From: Hormiphora californensis
Taxonomy: Eukaryota > Animalia > Ctenophora
Reading direction: 5' to 3'
Assembly: GCA_020137815.1 (NCBI GenBank)
Contig: CM035354.1
Location: 2,914,001-2,978,000 of the forward strand
DNA length: 64,000 bases
Both the position numbers and the translations under genes were made by a program. Below are positions 1-11,300 of the stretch, one piece after another. Numbering within the stretch: the stretch's first letter is position 1; every line of letters begins with the position of its first letter. The notes beneath the pieces are model-generated. The model ran no database searches. It was not told the DNA's origin and was given only the letters and a program-made list of their open reading frames with translations.

Positions 1-917
1 CTCTGACAGTACCATCATGGTTCTGGGTTGAGACGCGTAGAGTGCAGTTCCTATCTCTGGGATAAAATACCTAGCTGGGTATAGAGCCGGAAAAAGTAGC
101 ATTGATCAACCCTTTTATGCATATATTCAGCATGATCAGCCCGTATTCGATTCCCAAAACTTATATCACACACCTATCACACACGTATATCACACACGTA
201 TATGTAATGTTCTCACGCACAATTTCCAGAAGAAGACAACAAGTGAAATTGTCCTAACTCGATATTTGAAAGTTACAATACTAGGCGTAGACACACACAC
301 ACACGCAACGTGTATTAACATGGTGGTATATTGGGAGTCAAGTTATTTTTGTTGCATTATGTACTTGAACAATACTAATACTGAGTATACTGAACAGTTC
401 AGTATATACGTCCTTGCAAATACAACTTTATACTTTATACCACAAATGGGTCTTTATCTCTCTACGAAGTACAATGTTTGTTTGTCTCTAGCTACATTTC
501 TCTCTATACTATGTGGAAAATGACTAAAGCGGATCGAGGCCCGCCGCACAATTCGAGCCGTGATGTGATCCTTACAGTGCAAGCTGACATCACGGCCCAA
601 ATTGTACAAGTTGCACATTCAGGACCGCCCTATGCATGGTTCACGACCCAAAACCAGTCCCTGCCGCACACATTGGCCGCAGCATAAAATCACGTGCTTT
701 TCCTGTTTGATTATAGGCTCCCGAAAGTACCGGTAACGTGCATAACGGTCCGCCTTATTCATTTTCCAGGGACTATATAGCTGCCATGTCATACGTATCA
801 TTATTCAATCGAATGTTTTGATAGTCCGAATGTTTCCGTGTCACTTTCCCGTCATAGTGTCGAATTTTAAAAATCATGTTTATGTAGATTGGTATTAGGT
901 AGGATTAGGAAACACGC

Positions 918-953
918 GTTACCTAGCAACCCCCATGTCGTCTCCATGGTAAC
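918..953. promoter_or_regulatory. Pair of RFX X-box-like motifs
   Basis: GTTACCTAGCAAC (918-930) and GTCTCCATGGTAAC (940-953) resemble the X-box consensus GTNRCC-N(0-3)-RGYAAC; upstream of the first clear UT-ankyrin exon. Confidence 0.45.
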
Positions 954-1619
954 AACATGGGGACCATGGGGGCTACTATTACTATTATAGGTGTGAGTCA
1001 TTTATCGTTCTACACTTTACCAATACGCACCCTGTTTAATGTTATACTGATTTGAGAATCTAATTACTTTTGTCCGAATTTCTCATCTGGTCATTACTAA
1101 ATGGGATTTTGCAGTTGGTTTTTAATGCACCCATAATTCGTTTGACAAACTGCCATTAGTGTGCTGCCATTTGTGTGCATGTCTACTTTTTTACTGCACC
1201 ATACAGCTCTACATGAAAAGGTAACAATGGACCTCTCTGTCAGGTCAACATAGCTCTTGAACTTATTGAATCGTCATACAATTTCCTATTAAATCTGGGA
1301 AAACAGTTATTTTGTTCAAAACTAGGGCGCAGGGAAACAGGTTGAGCAAGAAAACAGTACAGTTATATAGGATTCAGAATAGCTTATTTGGGCTGTTTAG
1401 TACCAGTTATAGTTGCTATAAGCGGATTACCATGTGAATTGTGATCCAGAAAGAAGAGTCCGGGGAATTTCACTAGCGTAATCGGTTCCCCTCATGACAG
1501 ATTGCATGTGCTTTATCATACGAGATCGGCAGTGTGGGCGTCGCTACAGTCCTACTTACTATTTAATCCCCCTAGATACTATTTAATCCTCCTAATTACT
1601 ATTTACCCCCCCCCCCCCC

Positions 1620-2312
1620 TAATTAACCTCTACCCCCCCCCCCCACAGCCCGAGTAGTCTGGACACCAAGAAGAGGGATGTATTTCTCAGACCAGGCCGA
1701 GATATCACCCCCTAATTACTATCTAACCCCCTAATTACCCCCTAATTAACCCCTCCCCCCCCCACAGCCCGAGTAGTCTGGACACCAAGAAGAGAGATGT
1801 GTTCTCAGACCAGGCCGAAATATCACCCCCTAATTACTATCTAACCAGTAACCCCCTAATTACCCCCTAATTAACCCCTCCCCCCCCACAGCCCGAGTAG
1901 TCTGGACACCAAGAAGAGAGATGTGTTCTCAGACCAGGCCGAGATATCACCCCCTAATTACTATCTAACCCCCTAATTAACCCCTAATTAACCCCTCCCC
2001 CCACAGCCCGAGTAGTCTGGACACCAAGAAGAGGGATGTGTTCTCAGACCAGGCCGAAATATCACCCCCTAATCACTATCTAACCCCCTAATTAACCCCT
2101 AATTAACCCCCTCCCCCTCCCCCCACAGCCCGAGTAGTCTGGACACCAATAAGAGGGATGTGTTCTCAGACCAGGCCGAGATATCACCCCCTAATTAATA
2201 TCTAACCCCCTAATTAACCCCTAATTACCCCCTAATTAACCCCTCCCCCCACAGCCCGAGTAGTCTGGACACCAAGAAGAGGGATGTGTTCTCAGACCAG
2301 GCCGAGATATCA
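1620..2312 (+). repeat. ~120-bp tandem repeat (6 copies) containing the splice acceptor and first ~57 nt of exon 2255-2442
   Basis: ccccacag|cccgagtagtctggacaccaagaagag...gagatatcacc is repeated; only the last copy continues into the exon. Confidence 0.95.
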
Positions 2313-5300
2313 CCGTGGAACGCTGTGTCAGTTCGAAGGGATGGGAAACAACATAAGTTCACCAGGAAGTCCAGGTGGCGCTACCTGATGGGCACCATGC
2401 CAGAGCTACAGACATCCATACAGCGATACCCTATACTACTAGGTAAGTTAACTGACATCCATACAGCGATACCCTATACTACTAGGTAAGTTAACTGACA
2501 TCCATACAGCGATACCCTATACTACTAGGTAAGTTAACTGACATCCATACAGCGATACCCTATACTACTAGGTAAGTTAACTGGCATCCATACAGCGATA
2601 CCCTATACTACTAGGTAAGTTAACTGACATCCATACAGCGATACCCTATACTACTAGGTAAGTTAACTGACATCCATACAGCGATACCCTATACTACTAG
2701 GTAAGTTAACTGACATCCATACAGCGATACCCTATACTACTAGGTAAGTTAACTGACATCCATACAGCGATACCCTATACTACTAGGTAAGTTAACTGAC
2801 ATCCATACAGCGATACCCTATACTACTAGGTAAGTTAACTGACATCCATACAGCGATACCCTATACTACTAGGTAAGTTAACTGACATCCATACAGCGAT
2901 ACCCTATACTACTAGGTAAGTTAACTGACAGATCCATACAGCGATACCCTATACTACTAGGTAAGTTAACTGACATCCATACAGCGATACCCTATACTAC
3001 TAGGTAAGTTAACAGACATCCATACAGCGATACCCTATACTACTAGGTAAGTTAACTGACATCCATACAGCGATACCCTATACTACTAGGTAAGTTAACT
3101 GACATCCATACAGCGATACCCTATACTACTAGGTAAGTTAACTGGTTGTGTCATCATGAGAAACCGAGTGCTATAATCCCATACTCAACCCCAATTACTC
3201 AACAATTATAGCTGGTATATACCAACTGTAGACAGTGATGGAAAAATGATGCATGATTTTGAGTTGTCCGTCATCATAAAAATAACAATCATCACCTCCC
3301 TCCCAGTGTTGGTTGGCTTTTTCCGTGCCCTGGGCCTCTGGATGGGTGTAAGTAACCCCTTTCTGGGGCTGTGTGTGTTGCTTGCCAGCGCCCTGGACAC
3401 GTGGTATAATGTGTTATACATGTGCTGGAGTGTGGTTTGGTTCATGTTGTGGAGCTGGTTGTTCGGGGTGCAGAAGGAGCTGATATACAATGGGCTATAC
3501 CCCAGCCAAGGTAAATAATATTGGGGAAATGAGCCATTCGAATTAAATTCAACTGTGGTGGCAATGCCACAGCCCTAAAAGTCACCGTGTTTTCTTGAAT
3601 AATATGATCTACGGAACAGAGCCACACAAGGGGTATATCCCCAGTCATATAATAAGCAGGAACCGACCGAAGCAGGTAAATAACCAATCAGAATTCGTTA
3701 TTTAGGTCACGTGACTGGTTATCAGCCGGAGGGGGGCCGGCTGAAGTTTTTGAAGTTTTTGAAGTCAACTTCAAAAACTTCAAAGAGAAACTTAGGGTGG
3801 AAAACTTCAAAAACTTCAAAAACTTCAAAAACTTCAAAAACTCATATCTCCTAAACCGTTGGAGATAGGACCTATGTTGCTTCATAACTCTTATATAAAC
3901 TCGAGGCCGCTGATGATTTTGGTGTCCATATTTTTTTCACTACTCCCTTAATAAAAAATTTGCATTTTGTGAAACTGGCAAAAAGGGTGTGGCCCAAAAA
4001 AAATTTTGAAAATTTACTTAATAATTTTTAAACACTTTCTTAGCATTTTCTAGGCAACTTTTTGAGTTATAGAATGAAAATGAAATCTGTTTTTACAAAA
4101 ACTTTAAATTTTTTACACCAAATTGTGCCGTGGATTTCATGGCTAGGAATCATTGTAGATATCCTAATTTGTGGTAGAAAAAGGGCAGACAAGGACGGAT
4201 AACTTTGCCACAATATGTATTAAGCATGAAACTAACCTAAACAAGTGTAATAATAGTCACTGATAGCACATAAAAGTAGTTTAGAGTTTTTGAAGTTTTT
4301 GAAGTTTTTGAAGTCAACTTCAAAAACTTCAAAAACTCAAAAAGTAGGGTGGAAAACTTCAAACTTCAAAAACTTCAGCCGGCCCCCCCCCCCCCTATCA
4401 GCCAATCAGGGACCAGTATTTCCTGACTCGGTCGGTTCCTGATAATAAGTTGGTCTTTTCAGCCTCAAACTACATACACCTCCACACGGAAGAAAACGCG
4501 GGAAAAGTGAGCTATTATCTTTCATAGTTTCCTAATCGCCCACCCTTGCCCCGGCCTCCCCCCTATAATAGGTATATTTCTGGGTCTGTGGGTGTATCTT
4601 ACCAATACATTAGAGGACCAGTGGCCTGTATTATGGTATCAGCTTCTCCTCTTGGTACCTCTCCAGTTCATCAACTTACTAACATTCCAAGCCCTCTGCA
4701 CATTCTTCGTCAACAAGTTAGTTATCTAGGAGAGAGAGAGAGAGGGGGTTACAAGTTAGCTGTCAGCTGGGGAGGGAGAGGGTTACAAGTTAGTTATCAG
4801 CTGGGGAGGGAGGGAGGGGGGTTACAAGTTAGTCAGCTGGGAGAGGAAGGGAGGGATGATAAGTTAGTCAGCTGGAAGGGAGGGAGGGGGTTACAAGTTA
4901 GCTATCAGCTGGGGAGGGAGAGTTACAAGTTAGTCAGCTGGGAGAGGAAGGGAGGGAGAGGAAGGTTAGTTGTATTATTTGAGGGAGAAAAGATGTTTGA
5001 GGGGTTGCAACGATAGAGTTGAGAAACGAGGGAGGGTTGGTGACACATGCTCCACTGGGATTGCTCTCACACGAAGAAATACAGTACATACCAAGACTCG
5101 ATAGGGTGGGGTGTAAACGAAGCCAATAGAGATGTCAGGGCAATGCTCTGACCACAGTTCTCGCGAAAGAAATGAGAATAGGATATCAGGCCAATGCTCT
5201 GACAGCAATAGAGCCGATATACAGCTGTTATACTCATGACACCCCCCGCCATATCTGCAGATTACAGGTGACCCCCATGATGATATCTTCATGCCTCGTT

Positions 5301-8300
5301 GGATATCTTTTTGTGTGGGTGAAAGCTAAGAGTACCTGGTTTTATGCCATTCAAACATGGAGCGATAGATCAGGAGCCAGACCGGGGCCCGAAGAAGCGT
5401 GGTTTTCAGAAAACGGGTAGGTAACGACACGCGGTGAGCTGGTTCTGGATATTTATTGCAATTTATGTAACCATGGTAACATATTGCAATACCCCTGTCC
5501 TACCAACACTAAACAACCCCCCTCCCCTCAATAGGACAGTGATTACTGATTGGCTATGAGATGTATTGTAATACCCCCCCCCTTCAATAGGACACTAAAG
5601 ACCCCCTCCCCCTCAATAGGACAGTGATTGGCTATGAGATGTATTGTAATACCCCCCTCAATAGGACACTAAACAATCCCCCCCCCCTTCTCAATAGGAC
5701 AGTGATTGGCTATGAGATGTATTGTAATACCCCCCTCAATAGGACACTAAACAACCCCCCCCCCTTCAATAGGACACTAAACAATCCCTCCCCCTCAATA
5801 GGACACTAAACAATCCCTCCCCCTCAATAGGACACTAAACAACCCCCCCCCCCAATAGGACAGTGATTGGCTATGAGATGCTGTACGGGATGTCTAGCTT
5901 GATGTTCAGCTACAACTACTGGTCCGCCCTACCCCTCAGCATTGGTCTCATTGTGACGTCGCCAATCATGCAAGTGTTACAGTGCTGCTTGTAGTCGTAT
6001 TACCGTAATGGAAATGTACAGTAATGAGACGCACACGTTGCATAACGCGCGGCAAAAAGTGCATGTGTTTAGCACGTACTAGCGCCCTGATTGGCCACGG
6101 TTACGCGTCGTCTTACTGTATCTCAGTTTTCCATTACCGTTTTCCCACTACAAGCGACCGTGTTATACCCCCACTCCCTGATTAGGGAAGTGTACCCCCA
6201 CTCCCTGATTCTAGAAGTGTACCCCCACTCCCTGATTAGGGAAGTGTTATACCCCCACTCCCTGATTAGGGAAGTGTTATACCCCCACTCCCTGATTCGG
6301 GAAGTGTTATACCCCCACTCCCTGATTCGGAAAGTGTTATACCCCCACTCCCTGATTCTAGAATTCGAGGCAGTTCTGATCCTGTACTACTATATTCTGT
6401 CAACCTAGCATGCTCTGTATCTCTCCCACTATCGACAGCCAGTACATATTATATCTTTGACATTTGAAGAGTCTCTCTTTTGCAATTCTAGATAAATATC
6501 ATGCTTTTGATAATGAAATTACCCCTCCGCAAAAACAATATAATAACAGGGGTGCAGACTTCGTATAACCAAATCATGCTTTGCAGGTTTGTGACAACTT
6601 GGATGGGATCCATTCTGGGTGTGGTATCGGCCATTTTCCTGAGCCCTGTCTGGGACGATGTGTCTCTGAAGATATACGCTCTACAAGGTGCAATAACACT
6701 ATCCAGTGTGACAGGGAACTTCTTCGTTATCAACATTTACTCAGGTACTGCAGCAGCTCTTCCTAGCCCCATGACCAGGAACCGACCGAACCAGGAAATA
6801 CTGGTCCCTGATTGGCTGATAACCAGTCACGTGACCTAAATAGCGAGCTCTGATTGGTTGTTTACTTGGTTCGGTCGGTTCCTGCCCATGACCCCAGTGT
6901 CAAAGTTCGGGTATCCAGGGATCCTGGCTGCTAGTCAATTTTAGCGCCAAAATATCTAGTCAATTTTCTAAAATGGGAAAATTATAGTGAGAAATTGAGA
7001 AAATTGTATATTTACTGTTGTAGCACATTTAAAAAAACAAGGTAAATAGGGATGACAAACTTCAAATCACCATAGATTCTCTCTGAATTTACAGAACATT
7101 GTTTTGCTCTGATTTTCACCACCTCCATTCTTACATTTTCCATCAGTGGTGTAGTGGTTACACCATGGACTCTCACCCCGATGATCAGGGTTCGAATCCG
7201 GATGGGGTGATTTGACTTACTTTTTACTTTTATGATTTTTTCTCTCTTTATTCATACCAGTGTGTTGTAACATGACACTGATAGTGATAACATCACAATA
7301 TCATAGAAGAACGCTTGTCAGTACATATGTGTGAGATCTCGCTCATTGATGTCAGGATCTCTAATCGGTAGAGAGGGAGCCTAGGAGGTAGCCTGTGATA
7401 CTCATGGATCCCGCAGCGCACGATAAACTAATTGCTGAAAAGTCATGCTTTGTAGACTAGAGATCCAAACATTACATAGAGCGCTGAATAGTGAAATAAG
7501 CACAAGGTTGGTGGTCTAGTGGTATGAATTTCGCATGTCAAGCGGGAGACCCGGGTTCAATCCTCAGGTTTGACAAAAATCCAAAACATTATTTTTTTAA
7601 ATGTTTTGATTTTTATATAATAATCTAGTTAATTAATCAATGCGTTGAAACTTAATTATTAAAATAGAAAAATTTGTTTCCATCCTAGTCAAATTTTTTT
7701 TAAAATTCAGGATCCTAGTCGGATTGAGATACTTTGACACTGGGCCCATGAACCAGCTACACCTTCCTAGCTGCCACATTTACTCAGGTACTGCAGCTTC
7801 CTAGTCCTTATATAGCACGGCGCCAACATACGGCCATCCCCCAATCCTTTTGCATGCATGACTTCAACCACCACCTTTCTGTCTTTTCCCACCACCCTGT
7901 TGACAATTATGCCCAGTATTATTGTTACAGTGCTAATTGGTGTCCTGGGGGTATTTGCCACAACGTTTTGCGCCATGGGCCTCTCCGAAATGTTTGACAT
8001 CCTAGAAAACCACTCTCTGGCAATCAGTGCATACGCTGTCTCCATTGCAATCTATATGACAGCCGGATCGTTCGAGAGTGTCATTCCCGTGGAATTGATG
8101 TCGATAACTGTACCAGAGGATCATCTACGAAGGTAAGTTACAATGAAGTGAAACCATGAGTGTAACCATGGTAACCGAGGTGTAACCATGGTAACCTGAG
8201 TGTAACCATGCTACCAGAGGATCATCTACGAAAGTATATGCGGGTCCAGTCCCAAATAGGGGCCAAAATCAGGGTACCGAAGGTAAATTACGATTTTTTG

Positions 8301-11300
8301 AAGTGTCAAAGGATAGCCATTAGGATCTAGCCCCCATCCTAATTGTAAATCAGGAGTTACACTCAAAATGCCTCTCTAAGATTCTCTGATTCAGTCCCAA
8401 TCCACAGGTACTTCCTCTCTAAGACAGTGTTGAGTAGTCTTAACATGAAGAGGAACTTCAGAACCATGGATCCGGCAAAATTCAAAAATATCGAGTGCAC
8501 CCTTCTTCCTATCATACTGTGTACTTATGCCAAGGAGGGCTTAGCAGGTTAGTTATAGTACATGTTTAGTACCGTGTGCGGCAAAAAAAAGCCCCCCCCC
8601 AAGACCACCATAGTTGCCGATGTGGTGGAGAGCTGTAACTTGGCAGGGTTGCTCCACTATGTCTATCTTGATCCTGACAGAAAAATCAGAGCTCTAGCTC
8701 AAAATTCATTTTCATGAACGGAATGAACATTGTCATTCATTCCAGGAAAAAATATTTTCCGGTTCAAAATTTAACCAATTATGTTTGGCTATCGATTAGC
8801 TTTCCAATGTGACCAAGATCAGCTAAATTGGACAACCACAAGAGACACAGTGTCATGTTTCTTAAAGTTAGTCAGGTCATGTGATCTTCACTGAATCGTT
8901 GATCGTGTTCAGTATTACGAATTGGTCTAAGTGGTAGAGAATCACGTATCACATCTGCTAATGAGGGATGACGATGCTGATTGGTCATCAGATCTGTAGC
9001 TCTTTGATAAATGTCCTCTTTCCTCGAATCACATCACCCTGTATTGGTACACATACCCAATTAGCGGCCATGATACGAGATTCCTTTGCCCATTGGCCCG
9101 ATTAGCAATCCCGGAAACTCAACGATTCGGTGAAGATCACATGACCTGACTAACTTAAAGCAACATGACACTGTGTCTCTTGTGGTTGTCCAATTTAGCT
9201 GATCTTGGTCACATTGGAAAGCAAATCGATAGCCAAACATAATTAGTTAAATTTTGGACCGGAAAATATTTTTTCCTGGAATGAATGACAATGTTCATTC
9301 CGTTCATGAAAATGAATTTTGAGCTAGAGCTCTGATTTTTCTGTCAGGATCAAGATAGACATAGTGGAGCAACCCTGCCAAGTTACAGCTCTCCACCACA
9401 TCGGCAACTATGGTGGTCTAGGGGGGGGGGCTTTTTTTTGCCGCACACGGTACTTTGTACTAGGCAATTAAAATTAAAGTAGATCGTTTGAACAAATAAA
9501 TCCCCCCGCCGTGTGTTTGTTTGTCGCTCCTCTAATACATGACAACTGCTTCTACCAGACAAAATGAAGAAGCTCCTTGACCTTGGTGCGGATCCAAATC
9601 TGAGGTAAAATATAATGGGGTAACCATGGTAACTTGAGTGTAACCATGGTAACCTGAGTGTAACCATGGTAACCAGGGTGTAACCATGGCTACCACTAAC
9701 AAACTACAGTTTACAGTGATTACGATGGAAGGTGTGCATTACACATAGCGGCAAGTAACGGTGAAACTGCTGTAGTGAAACTACTATTAGAGTGAGTGTT
9801 ATCTATCATAGGAACATCGATTGTTATCTATTTAATTGCTAATAAAAAGTTGATGAATGAGACTCTCAAATTTTTAGAATCTGCCTAACTCATCAGCCCA
9901 TGAGAAAGCTCCTTTCGCAATACAGTCGGACCCCGATTTAGGGGCCCCCGATTTAGTGGCACCCCGATTTAGGGACAGGATTTTTTTCCCCCGATACAGG
10001 AAATTAACCTTATTTGACCCCGGTTTAGTGGACACCCCGATTTAGTGGACAAGAGCCTTTCCCCCCGAGTGTGTCCCTAAATCGGGGTCCGACTGTAATT
10101 ATATATCCCCCCTATTATAGTTACAGCGCAGAGGTCAATAAGATGGATGTTAACAGGGGTACAGCCCTCACGGAGGCACTCAAGGGACAGCACTTCCCCC
10201 TGGCAGCTATACTGTACAAGAAGGGAGGCCGTATACTTCTCACAGATGAGGAGCTGTCAACCACTCTGTGTAGCCTTGTGAGGTAAAGGGGGGGGGGGTT
10301 GTCATGGTAACGGGGGGGGGGGGGTCGTCATGGTAACGTCTCTTGTACAGACCCTGCCCAATTGTGAGGTAAAGTCGGGGGGGGGGGGGGTCGCCATGGT
10401 AACGTCTCTTGTCATGTACACTGTACATGACAAGAGACGTTACCATGGCGACCCCCCCCCCTGACTTTACTGTACAGTACAGACCCTGCCCAATTATGAG
10501 GTAAAGTCAGGAGGGGGGTCGTCATGGTAACGTCTCTTGTACAGACCCTGCCCAATTGTGAGGTAAAGTGGGAGGGGGGTCGTCATGGTAACGTCTCTTG
10601 TACAGACCCTGCCCAATTGTGAGGTAAAGTCAGGGGGGGGGGGTCGTCATGGTAACGTCCCTTGTACAGACCCTGCCCAATTGTAAGGTAAAGTCAGGGG
10701 GGTCGTCATGGTAACGTCTCTTGTACAGACCCTGCCCAATTGTGAGGTAAAGTCGGAGGGGGTCGTCATGGTAACGTCCCATGTACAGACCCTGCCCAAT
10801 TGTGAGGGGGAGGGGGTCGTCATGGTAACGTCTCTTGTACAGACCCTGCCCAATTGTGAGGTAAAGTCGGGGGGAGGGGGTCGTCATGGTAACGTCTCTT
10901 GTACAGACCCTGCCCAATTGTGAGGTAAAGTCGGGGGGAGGGGGTCGTCATGGTAACGTCTCTTGTACAGACCCTGCCCAATTGTGAGGTAAAGTCGGAG
11001 GGGGGGGGGGGGTCGTCATGGTAACGTCTCTTGTACAGACCCTGCCCAATTGTGAGGTAAAGTCGGGGGGAGGGGGTCGTCATGGTAACGTCTCTTGTAC
11101 AGACCCTGCCCAATTGTGAGGTAAAGTCGGGGGGAGGGGGTCGTCATGGTAACGTCTCTTGTACAGACCCTGCCCAATTGTGAGGTAAAGTCGGAGGGGG
11201 GGGGGGTCGTCATGGTAACGTCTCTTGTACAGACCCTGCCCAATTGTGAGGTAAAGTCGGAGGGGGGGGGGGGTCATGGTAACTTCTCTTGTACAGACCC

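Larger units (their letters stand above)
6892..7744. mobile_element. TIR element carrying two tRNA-like sequences
   Basis: TIR CCCAGTGTCAAAG/CTTTGACACTGGG; flanks cccatgac/cccatgaa. Confidence 0.7.

Noticed and set aside
2411-3143. CRISPR-like array
   Set aside because: Units are head-to-tail with no unique spacers, no cas genes, eukaryotic context.
4546-5016. 156-aa ORF as a gene
   Set aside because: The real exon (4572-4716) is in another frame; the rest is G-rich repeat.
7140-7575. Functional tRNA genes
   Set aside because: Acceptor and anticodon stems do not pair well; embedded in a TIR element.
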